Source: Candidatus Micrarchaeaceae archaeon (GTDB lineage: Archaea; Micrarchaeota; Micrarchaeia; Micrarchaeales; Micrarchaeaceae). From it: DNA of 18,437 bases. Below, in pieces: positions 1 through 7,527 of the stretch. Within the stretch, counting starts at the first letter, position 1; the number at the start of each line of letters is the position of its first letter. Under the pieces are notes generated by a model. The model saw only the letters and a program-made list of their open reading frames with translations, did not search any database and was not told where the DNA came from. Position numbers and translations under genes: made by a program. The stretch is from the NCBI GenBank assembly GCA_050013715.1, contig JBEKES010000016.1, positions 1-18,437 on the forward strand, read 5' to 3'.

Positions 1-135
1 AGTACACCTCTACTCAAAAAGGTCAAGGAAACAACCAAGTTCTACTCTAATAAAAAGTACAAAACACTCAAAAAGGTCAAGGAAACAACCACTAAATTAC
101 CAAATAACTCTAGGAAGTCCAGTTTTTCCCTGTAG
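1..135 (+). other. Possible 3' end of a CDS entering from the left (Lys/Thr-rich, LKKVKETT x2)
   Basis: Frame +1 is open from base 1 to TAG at 133-135 (STPLLKKVKETTKFYSNKKYKTLKKVKETTTKLPNNSRKSSFSL*), and the repeat period of 54 is a multiple of 3. May be a chance open frame in A/C-rich sequence. Confidence 0.25.
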
Positions 136-158
136 GGCAAAAGGTCATCAAAATAACC
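12..158. repeat. Direct repeat family A: ACTCAAAAAGGTCAAGGAAACAACCA x2 plus one degenerate partial copy
   Basis: Identical 26-mers at 12-37 and 66-91 (period 54, 28-bp intervening segment). Degenerate copy AAAAGGTCATCAAAATAACC at 139-158 matches 16/20. Function unknown. Confidence 0.9.
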
Positions 159-239
159 CTTTAGGGGTCTAGTTTTTTAACGTTAGCCTATAGATATGTA
201 AAAAAACTTTTAAATGAAGTCTAGTTTTTTGGAGTTAGC
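114..239. repeat. Direct repeat family B: GTCYAGTTTTT core x3
   Basis: Cores start at 117, 167 and 219 (spacing 50 and 52). Copies 2 and 3 read GTCTAGTTTTTT-nnn-GTTAGC (167-187, 219-239). Copies 1 and 3 share GAAGTCYAGTTTTT (114-127, 216-229). Confidence 0.8.
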
Positions 240-341
240 TATATCCCTCATTGAAGTTGGGGAGCCCTAAATTTGAACATTTATCTTTACCAAAACAATT
301 ATAATTATGTGTTCAGAAGGGTTCTTGGCAAATGGATCATT

Positions 342-1691
342 ATGGCAAAATATGATTCTAATAAAAAGAAGGAAATACTAGACAGAATGGACAGGATACC
401 TATCTGGGCATTTCCTGCATCGTTCATAGCGATAATAGGCCTTGGTTATTTCTTTGCATTCTTTGACATTGCAGATATTGGCTTTGCGATGCCTGCAATA
501 GCAGTTCAATTCCATCTCACTGGATCTGAAAGCCTTTTCGTTGCATTGGCTGTCGGACTTATCGGATATATAATTGGCTCATACACCATTGGAAGATTAG
601 CGGACAAGCATGGGCGATTGAAAACACTTCTGCTTACCATGGTATTGATTGCTATAGGATCATTCGGCGATGCGTTAGCCACTGGAATAATAACACTTTC
701 AATATGGAGATTTGTAACTGGCATGGGAGTAGGTGCAGATCTTAATCTTGTATCAACATACATAGGGGAGCTTTCACCTTCTGGAAAAAGGGGAAGGATG
801 TCAGTAATGACGTTTCTGATAGGCATAGTAGGTCAGGCAATAACTCCATTCGTTGCTCTTGCACTTGTGCCTAATTTTGTCATAGGATGGCGATTACTAT
901 TTGTAATAGGTGGCATAATAGCCGCAATTGCAGTTGTTGTAATGTCCCAGCTCGTTGAGTCGCCAAGATGGCTTGTGGAAAACGGAAGATACGAGGAAGC
1001 GGAAAGCATTGTGTCGAGAATGGAGCAATTTGTGAAGATGAAAGGCATCAAGCTAAAGAAATCGGCAACTGCTGTGATGAAAAATGTAAAGCAGAAAGTT
1101 TCATTAAGCAAAAACGAATACAGATCAAGGCTTGCGCTGTTTGTTTCAATATGGTTCTTCTGGTACATAGGCAACTACGGCTTCCTTGGCGATGCTGCTA
1201 CATTGCTTTCAACGCACAGTATAACCATAGCCAATTCGATACTCTTCCTTGCTGTTGGTGCAATAGGCTATCCAGTTGGTGCATTGATTATGCTTTTGCT
1301 AGCGGACAAGTTCGAGAGGAAGTGGCTTATCCTGTCTTGCACACTCATATGGTTTGCGGGGATGGCGCTCATAGGCTCGCTGGCCAGCTCAGGAATAATA
1401 ATGCTAGGCTCCTTCCTTGCATCGTTCTCATTGGGATTATTCCTGCAGATTGCCTATACATTTACTGCGGAAAGCTATCCCACAAAGTCAAGGGCATCCG
1501 GATTTGCATTGAGCGATGGTATAGGACATATGGGTGGTGTAATCGGTGCACTAGCGCTTCCAATACTTGTAATGCAGTTTGGGTTCGCGTTCGGATTTGT
1601 TGCAATAGGCACAACAGGATTGATTGCAGGTTTTCTCGCTCTTGCGGGACCAACAGCATCAGGGCGCAGCCTTGAGCAGATATCTGGATAA
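342..1691 (+). CDS. MFS transporter (sugar-porter/aromatic acid/metabolite:H+ symporter-like)
   Basis: About 12 hydrophobic segments; motif A GRLADKHGRLK and its repeat LADKFERK; ESPRWL after TM6; ESYPTKSRASG. ATG at 342 (MAKYD) preferred over TTG at 273. Confidence 0.92.
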   Translation: MAKYDSNKKKEILDRMDRIPIWAFPASFIAIIGLGYFFAFFDIADIGFAMPAIAVQFHLTGSESLFVALAVGLIGYIIGSYTIGRLADKHGRLKTLLLTMVLIAIGSFGDALATGIITLSIWRFVTGMGVGADLNLVSTYIGELSPSGKRGRMSVMTFLIGIVGQAITPFVALALVPNFVIGWRLLFVIGGIIAAIAVVVMSQLVESPRWLVENGRYEEAESIVSRMEQFVKMKGIKLKKSATAVMKNVKQKVSLSKNEYRSRLALFVSIWFFWYIGNYGFLGDAATLLSTHSITIANSILFLAVGAIGYPVGALIMLLLADKFERKWLILSCTLIWFAGMALIGSLASSGIIMLGSFLASFSLGLFLQIAYTFTAESYPTKSRASGFALSDGIGHMGGVIGALALPILVMQFGFAFGFVAIGTTGLIAGFLALAGPTASGRSLEQISG

Positions 1692-1759
1692 TAATTATAA
1701 AAATGCAGTTCTGCAAACTAAGCAATAACTTCTTATAATGAAAGCGATACAGTATTTTT

Positions 1760-2203
1760 ATGATGTTTCTAAGCGAACCCAGGGACTTCAATCCCAGGTT
1801 CGATATTGTGAGCTGCTTTCTTGAATATGAAGGTAAATTTCTAATCCTTCACAGGTGCGACAACAAGAGCGAGGGAAATACCTGGGGAGCTCCTGCAGGA
1901 AAAATGGAGAAAAGTGAGGATCTTATTGATGCCACTGCAAGGGAATTATCTGAGGAAACGGGCGTTCTTATTCCTAGAGAAAAATTCAAATATTGGGGAA
2001 AGACATTCGTGCGTTATCCGGAATATGATTTCGTATATCATATGTGCTCTGCAGTATGCCCTCCTAATGTAATAGTTAAAATTAATCCGAAAGAGCACAA
2101 GGACTTCAGATGGGTGACTCCGGAAGAGGCGCTCAAAATGAATCTGATAATGGATGAAGACACGAGCATAAAAATATTCTACAAACTATCAGAATATCTC
2201 TAG
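1760..2203 (+). CDS. Nudix hydrolase
   Basis: Complete Nudix box GKMEKSEDLIDATARELSEETGV; downstream EHKDFRWV. Confidence 0.92.
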   Translation: MMFLSEPRDFNPRFDIVSCFLEYEGKFLILHRCDNKSEGNTWGAPAGKMEKSEDLIDATARELSEETGVLIPREKFKYWGKTFVRYPEYDFVYHMCSAVCPPNVIVKINPKEHKDFRWVTPEEALKMNLIMDEDTSIKIFYKLSEYL

Positions 2204-3061
2204 CGACTTATCCTTTTCCAGAAGGCCGAATTCCGCTATTTGCGATGAATATTTTGCTATTTCCCTCAATAATCTCTTATAAAGTTTCTCCACTTTCAAT
2301 TTGTCTATCTGCGCTTTCAGATCATTTTTTGCTGCAGCTATTTCCACTATGGTTTTCTGGTCGCCGCGGAATCCCTTGTCTGATTTTTCAAAAATCTCAC
2401 TAAGCTTGTCTATTATGTCCATGTTGATTTTGTTCATTGATGGAACAACGGCCAGGAGATTGTCTGCTATATTATCAAATAAAATTACGGTCTTGTAATA
2501 CTTTATCATGTCGCTTGGCTGCACGATGTTGATGTACCTTATCGCAAGCATGTAGAACCTGTCAACAAGCTCCTCAATTTGAACTACTGCATTAAGATTT
2601 TTCAGCTTCACGTCAACGAATTCCTGGAGTATCAAAGATCTGATTCGCGACAAGATTTTATCTATGTCTATGTCCCTTATGCTGGTAAAATCCTCTATCT
2701 GTATCTCATTGTTCGACTGGTTTATTATCTCGAAACCTGGACACTCGTTCCGTATCTGCTTTTGTATCTCGGATACCTGCTTTTCCGTAAGCGTGTCCTT
2801 TGAGCGTATTGTAAGCTTGGTTATTCCGTTTATGTAATAAAGTCCGACAAATCTAGAAAGAAGTTTCCAGTCAGTGGATTTGTCTATTATTTTTACGAAA
2901 GTTTTATTGGGCATTAGTTTCGATGACAAAACCAATTCGCCTCTGTTGTTCTCGCTTAGAAATACTGTATCAGAGCTTTTTAATTTATTTTTTTCGATCC
3001 ATTTCTTCGGAAGTATGATTGCATTGCTGCCGCTTCCGAATTTGAATATGTGCTTTTCCAT
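2189..3061 (-). CDS. phoU: Archaeal phosphate-uptake regulator-like protein (N-terminal AbrB/MazE-type DNA-binding domain + PhoU-like helical domains)
   Basis: N-terminus KFGSGSNAIILPKKWIEKNKLKSSDTV is typical of AbrB-PhoU fusions; LYYINGITKLTI, GFEII, IEELVDRFYMLAIR and DNIAD resemble the family's conserved segments. Overlaps the Nudix 3' end by 15 bp. Confidence 0.8.
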   Translation of the reverse strand: MEKHIFKFGSGSNAIILPKKWIEKNKLKSSDTVFLSENNRGELVLSSKLMPNKTFVKIIDKSTDWKLLSRFVGLYYINGITKLTIRSKDTLTEKQVSEIQKQIRNECPGFEIINQSNNEIQIEDFTSIRDIDIDKILSRIRSLILQEFVDVKLKNLNAVVQIEELVDRFYMLAIRYINIVQPSDMIKYYKTVILFDNIADNLLAVVPSMNKINMDIIDKLSEIFEKSDKGFRGDQKTIVEIAAAKNDLKAQIDKLKVEKLYKRLLREIAKYSSQIAEFGLLEKDKSLEIF

Positions 3062-3145
3062 ATGGATATACTATATATCTATAATATATATACTTTATCC
3101 CTAATGTATATATACAAGGTTACACACCGTATTAGCGGTGATACC
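3062..3145. promoter_or_regulatory. Divergent promoter region between phoU-like and transketolase-like genes
   Basis: TA-dinucleotide-rich. TATA-like boxes at ~3085-3092 (minus) and 3107-3114 (plus, inside palindrome TGTATATATACA 3105-3116). Imperfect inverted repeat 3064-3100. RBS GCGGTGA at 3135-3141. Confidence 0.65.
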
Positions 3146-5089
3146 GTGGCAACTTTGTCAATACCTAATGCTATTATGCAATCCCTGAGAAACAAGCAAG
3201 ATGCTGTTGATTTCGAAAATCTAAATGCTCTCAATTCAAAATTGAAGTTGAATATGCTAAAAACCATTCAGAATGCACAGACTGGCCATCTTGGTGCGTG
3301 CTGCTCCAGCACTGAATTATTCTCAGCACTATACTTTACTGACATATTAAATATCGACAGCAAAAACCCCAGGAATCCTGATAGGGATTACGTGCTTGTG
3401 AGGGGGCATGTCGGCCCGCTGAGATACAACCTATTCTCGATGCTGGGTTGGATGAATGAGGATGAAATGAGCCATTACAGGGAATATGGCACAAGATTGC
3501 AGGGACATGAGGACATGAACACAACTCCCGGAGTTGACCTAACTCCCAGCGGAAGCCTGGGCATGCTTCTATCCTATGCTGTAGGTGCAAGATATTCATT
3601 TAAAGAAAGAAAGCTCAAGAACAGGATTTTCTGCTTTTTGGGAGACGGGGAGGAACAGGAAGGAAATATTTCAGAGGCGGCAAGACATGCTGCTAACTTG
3701 AAATTGGATAATTTAATAGTAATAATAGACAAGAACAAGAAACAGCTTTCCACAAGCACAAAAACCGTAGATGCTGCAGATCTAAGCACAGTTTGGAAGG
3801 GATATGGATGGAAAGTTCTGGAAATAGGCAACGGCCATGATTTAAGAGAAGTATACAACTCATATAAAAAAGCGATTCATGAATCGCATAATGGTCCTGT
3901 ATGTATAATTGCACATACGATAAAAGGCAATGGCATAAGAGGCGCAATTGAACATAGAACGGGCTATCATGTATTCCACAATAGCTCTGCTGATGATACT
4001 ACACAGGAGTTTATGCCAATAGAAGACACAATAAATGAGCTATCCCAAACAATGGATGGCTTGAAAGTCAGCATTCCATGCAAGTCAATAGCACCTAGCA
4101 ATCATACGTTCATCCAGCAAGTTAATCCTATTCCTGAGTTACAGGCAGCATTTCAGCCTGAGGAAAAACTTCAATATCATTACTTGACCGAATTTTTAAC
4201 AAAGCTTTCCGAATACGGGAAAAAAACACCCATATATGTTTTGACTGCAGATTATCCGCCAAGGCCCCTTGTTTATGAAGGCGGATTTTCAATACCAAAT
4301 CTGAAATATTGCAATGTGGGCATAAGAGAACAGCATTTGCTGGGGATGGTTCATGGCATAAGGACTGTGGAGAGAAATGCGGAAATAATTGTATTATGCG
4401 GCGATGCGTTTTTGTATAGGTTTGCCGATCAGATGAATGTTCTTGCCCAATCAAAGGACAAAGTTACGCTAATTTCAGTTGAGGCAGGAATCAGTGGCGC
4501 CAGGAATGGTTCAACGCATCAGTCATCCGGGCAACCGGGAATTGTAACTACCATGCCTGGAATTAAAATGCTGGAACCCGCATCAGGATTGGATTTTACC
4601 TATGCACTAAACTATTCTTTGCATGTCGATGGACCTACCTATGTAAGAATGAACAAGGCATTTACTCCATTTGATTACGGCGGATTTAGAAAAGGCCCCT
4701 TTTATGAGATACCAATAACGTCCAATATTCCAGATCTAACAATGGTATCAAGCGGAATGCTGGTAAGGGAGGTATTTGGTGCGGCAAAAATGCTTGAATC
4801 AAGCGGCATTAATGCTAGAGTTTTGAACGTAATAAATCCTAAGGAACTTTTCGGAATATCTGAACTTATAGTGCAGGGTAAGCCGCTTTTCATATACTAT
4901 AATGGAAATCCTCTGATACTAAGCACCTCGATAACCAGGGAGCTAGTAAAAGGAAATAAAATGCCATCTGGTCTTTTCGAAAACGGATTCGAATTGGGGA
5001 CAACAGGCTCTATAACTGATTTAATGAAACATTTTGGACTGGACAAGGAAAGCATAGTGCAGAATGTTACGAGCATTCTAAGGGCATAA
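3146..5089 (+). CDS. Transketolase-like ThDP-dependent enzyme, N- and C-terminal modules fused
   Basis: GHLGA, RGH, LQGHE, GSLG, ThDP motif GDGEEQEG...IIDKN, NGHD, IIAHTIKG; pyrimidine-binding domain ADY, GIREQ, GSTHQ, GPTYVR. Start re-called to GTG 3146 behind the RBS; the track start at 3050 overlaps phoU. Confidence 0.88.
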   Translation: MATLSIPNAIMQSLRNKQDAVDFENLNALNSKLKLNMLKTIQNAQTGHLGACCSSTELFSALYFTDILNIDSKNPRNPDRDYVLVRGHVGPLRYNLFSMLGWMNEDEMSHYREYGTRLQGHEDMNTTPGVDLTPSGSLGMLLSYAVGARYSFKERKLKNRIFCFLGDGEEQEGNISEAARHAANLKLDNLIVIIDKNKKQLSTSTKTVDAADLSTVWKGYGWKVLEIGNGHDLREVYNSYKKAIHESHNGPVCIIAHTIKGNGIRGAIEHRTGYHVFHNSSADDTTQEFMPIEDTINELSQTMDGLKVSIPCKSIAPSNHTFIQQVNPIPELQAAFQPEEKLQYHYLTEFLTKLSEYGKKTPIYVLTADYPPRPLVYEGGFSIPNLKYCNVGIREQHLLGMVHGIRTVERNAEIIVLCGDAFLYRFADQMNVLAQSKDKVTLISVEAGISGARNGSTHQSSGQPGIVTTMPGIKMLEPASGLDFTYALNYSLHVDGPTYVRMNKAFTPFDYGGFRKGPFYEIPITSNIPDLTMVSSGMLVREVFGAAKMLESSGINARVLNVINPKELFGISELIVQGKPLFIYYNGNPLILSTSITRELVKGNKMPSGLFENGFELGTTGSITDLMKHFGLDKESIVQNVTSILRA

Positions 5090-5101
5090 GCGTGTGGTTA
5101 A

Positions 5102-5677
5102 TTGAACAATACAAAAGAGATCAAACAGGATAAATATTCACAATTGGAAAAGGAAGTCAAAGCTAGAAGAGAGTCAGCTCATAATTATAATGGAATCAAG
5201 AGAATGGTCATTTCTGCAGATATTCAGGCAAGCCTTTCAAAGTTGCCAAAATACCTCATTGTTGCCGAGGAATTACGACTTGGTGAAAAAAGCCGTAATG
5301 AACTCCAAGATCTTTATAATGAAACAATTAATCCTTTAATTTTAGGACTTTTTGCAATGAGGACTTTAGTGATCGGTATAAGGGCCAAGTTTGGTTTTGG
5401 TGATAACGTGGCTCCAAAAGAAGTACTATCTAATGAGGAAAAAGACATGGCCATAAACAAATTCACCAAATTTTTAGATAAGAAATTAAACGAAGAGTGC
5501 CTAAAAGATAAAACGAATATAAAAGCCGTTATAATATATCCATTGATCGTAGCTACTATAAATACATGGAGAAAATTTGATTCAGAATTTGCTGATAATC
5601 TTATAGAAAAAATAAAATCAAATGAAACTGATGAACGGTTGAAAAAAATAATAGCAATTATAGATATACGCAATTAG
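5102..5677 (+). CDS. Hypothetical protein (predicted helical, 191 aa)
   Basis: Long ORF 12 bp after the transketolase stop; TTG start after GTGG. No motif recognised. Confidence 0.7.
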   Translation: MNNTKEIKQDKYSQLEKEVKARRESAHNYNGIKRMVISADIQASLSKLPKYLIVAEELRLGEKSRNELQDLYNETINPLILGLFAMRTLVIGIRAKFGFGDNVAPKEVLSNEEKDMAINKFTKFLDKKLNEECLKDKTNIKAVIIYPLIVATINTWRKFDSEFADNLIEKIKSNETDERLKKIIAIIDIRN

Positions 5678-5716
5678 ATTCGTTGAATTATTTAAACTTT
5701 AGTACCAAAAATATTC

Positions 5717-6385
5717 ATGCACGGCAAAATCATGGTCAATGGTAATCAAATAAAGCTAGATTTGGCCATGCCAAATAATAAATCTGATTATGGTATAATT
5801 TTCATAAGTGGGATAGCAGGAGATGGGCTTTCAGATAGGTGGAAATTACTTGCAGAAAAATTCAAGGACAATGGCTTCTACTTTTTAAGATACGAAAGCT
5901 GGAAAAAAGAGAAAGAACTAGGAGAATATACTATCAAAATGTTTCATAACGAGATAGATGAATTGATATCTATTCTGAAGAAGAAGGGCTGCAATAAAAT
6001 AGGTATAATCGGTAAAAGCTTTGGAGGAGGTTTATCTCTAATTTACCTGAATAAAAAAATAGACAAAATGGTGTTATTTGCTCCTGCAATAGGTATCTCA
6101 AGCAATAATAATATCAATAAATGGAAGGATAAAAAATTAAGCAAGATAAAATCCCTGACTGATATAAAATTAGACGATAAAATTTTATTTTTTCATAAAG
6201 AACCAATACTGATAATTCATGGGACAAAAGATGATGTAATCCCAATAGGGAATTCAATGAAAATGTGCAAAAAACATGCTAACATGAAATTGGAAAAAAT
6301 ATATGGTGCAGATCATTCATACAGAAACCCAAAACATGCGAATAAAATAATAAGATTATCATTTAATTTTTTTAAAATAAATTAA
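5717..6385 (+). CDS. Alpha/beta hydrolase (serine esterase/peptidase fold)
   Basis: Nucleophile elbow GKSFGG, acid motif IIHGTKDDVIP, catalytic His in GADHSY. Confidence 0.9.
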   Translation: MHGKIMVNGNQIKLDLAMPNNKSDYGIIFISGIAGDGLSDRWKLLAEKFKDNGFYFLRYESWKKEKELGEYTIKMFHNEIDELISILKKKGCNKIGIIGKSFGGGLSLIYLNKKIDKMVLFAPAIGISSNNNINKWKDKKLSKIKSLTDIKLDDKILFFHKEPILIIHGTKDDVIPIGNSMKMCKKHANMKLEKIYGADHSYRNPKHANKIIRLSFNFFKIN

Positions 6386-6507
6386 AACTCTAAGTATTAG
6401 TCAAAAACAGATGTTAAGAAAATTTTACTTCAACCTTTTCCTATTTTCCAAATCCAACTCTATTTTTGTGCTATGACAATTCTAACATTAAGTTCTGGCA
6501 CTATTAG

Positions 6508-6541
6508 TTATATATATTTGAATATCCTAATACTATTGTGA
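6508..6541 (+). promoter_or_regulatory. Putative TATA box and RBS for the secreted protein gene
   Basis: TTATATAT at 6508-6515, about 30 bp before ATG 6546; GTGA at 6538-6541. Confidence 0.5.
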
Positions 6542-6545
6542 TAAC

Positions 6546-7526
6546 ATGAATACAAAACGTAAATTTCCAGTAGTAAACGAATTAGCTGCTAAAGCACTTA
6601 TTGGAATAATGATTGTTGCGGTTCCAACACCACTAAGAGGGCAAACAACAAATAATACGGCAGCAAATCAAACAGTAAATAATACAAATAGTATAGAAAA
6701 GCGAGCCAATAATTTAAAATTAAGCGAATCACAATTACTTGACTATTTTGGAATTGGAAGGAAGCCTGAAAATTCAAATGTGTTTATTGTAGGAGAAGGA
6801 TGGAAAGGTCCAGCAGTATATAAGTTTATGGGAACAGGTGATACTACATATTTTCTCAAGACAGAACTAGAATTAGGTAATTGTTATTATCTCATATATG
6901 GAAAACAAATGGCAGAAAATGGTGTATTATTGCCAGTAGATCCAAAGGTGAAAAAGGCAGTAGATAAAGCAAACAACCCAAGACTTAAGCTATTTAGAGG
7001 TGCCATTGGTGTTGTAGAAGCACCAGCAAGAGCTGTAGGGGGAATTTCGCCAGGTGGCGTAGGGGTTCACAAAGGACCTGTAAACGGAGGTGTGACTAGT
7101 CCAGGAGTAGAAGCTGGAAGTGCAGGTACTGTAGCGCCTACAACCAAAACACAACCGCAAAATACGACATCTGTACAGACAACAAATCAACCAACAACTG
7201 ATCTTACATCAACTGACCAGATGATAAAAAATCTAGAGAATGCGCTAACTCCAGAGCAACTGCGAACCTATTTTGGAATTGGGAATATACTACCTTACAA
7301 TGTAACTCCAGAGAAATTTTCGCAATCAGGCGGATGGCAGAAAAAGGGCATATACAACTTTGATAGGGAGAAGTTTAGCACACCACCACTTGATAATCAG
7401 GTGCAGCTGGCTTATTGGGAATATGCTATTACTGAACAGTTAAGGCGCGCAGAGGAAATTGCAGATAAACCATTAGACCCTGCAATAAAATCCGCAATAG
7501 ATAGGGCGAGAGGAAACTCTAAATAA
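6546..7526 (+). CDS. Secreted hypothetical protein with two copies of an unrecognised ~85-90 aa domain
   Basis: Basic N-terminus plus hydrophobic stretch (signal-peptide-like); N/T-rich and G/V/P/T-rich linkers; duplicated QL..YFGIG / GW...Y.F / P.DP..K.A.D.A motifs. Confidence 0.8.
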   Translation: MNTKRKFPVVNELAAKALIGIMIVAVPTPLRGQTTNNTAANQTVNNTNSIEKRANNLKLSESQLLDYFGIGRKPENSNVFIVGEGWKGPAVYKFMGTGDTTYFLKTELELGNCYYLIYGKQMAENGVLLPVDPKVKKAVDKANNPRLKLFRGAIGVVEAPARAVGGISPGGVGVHKGPVNGGVTSPGVEAGSAGTVAPTTKTQPQNTTSVQTTNQPTTDLTSTDQMIKNLENALTPEQLRTYFGIGNILPYNVTPEKFSQSGGWQKKGIYNFDREKFSTPPLDNQVQLAYWEYAITEQLRRAEEIADKPLDPAIKSAIDRARGNSK

Positions 7527-7527
7527 A

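Noticed and set aside
12..91. Calling a bona fide CRISPR array
   Set aside because: Only two exact repeats, a third copy off-period, no cas genes and an open reading frame across it. Kept as an unexplained repeat.
114..239. Canonical archaeal ORB elements
   Set aside because: No match to the TCCAGTGGAAA...G-string consensus and no cdc6 gene in the window.
273..341. N-terminal extension of the MFS ORF from TTG 273
   Set aside because: AT-rich, promoter-like sequence; ATG 342 gives a normal family N-terminus.
968..1675. 235-aa alternative-frame ORF
   Set aside because: Lies inside the MFS gene; Cys/Arg-rich shadow translation with no motif.
3050..3145. Transketolase start at 3050
   Set aside because: Overlaps the phoU start and translates the TA-rich promoter; an RBS supports GTG 3146.
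6386..6545. Small gene or ncRNA in the 160-bp intergenic region
   Set aside because: Only very short ORFs found and no convincing structure; the 8-bp inverted match AGTATTAG/CTAATACT is chance-level.
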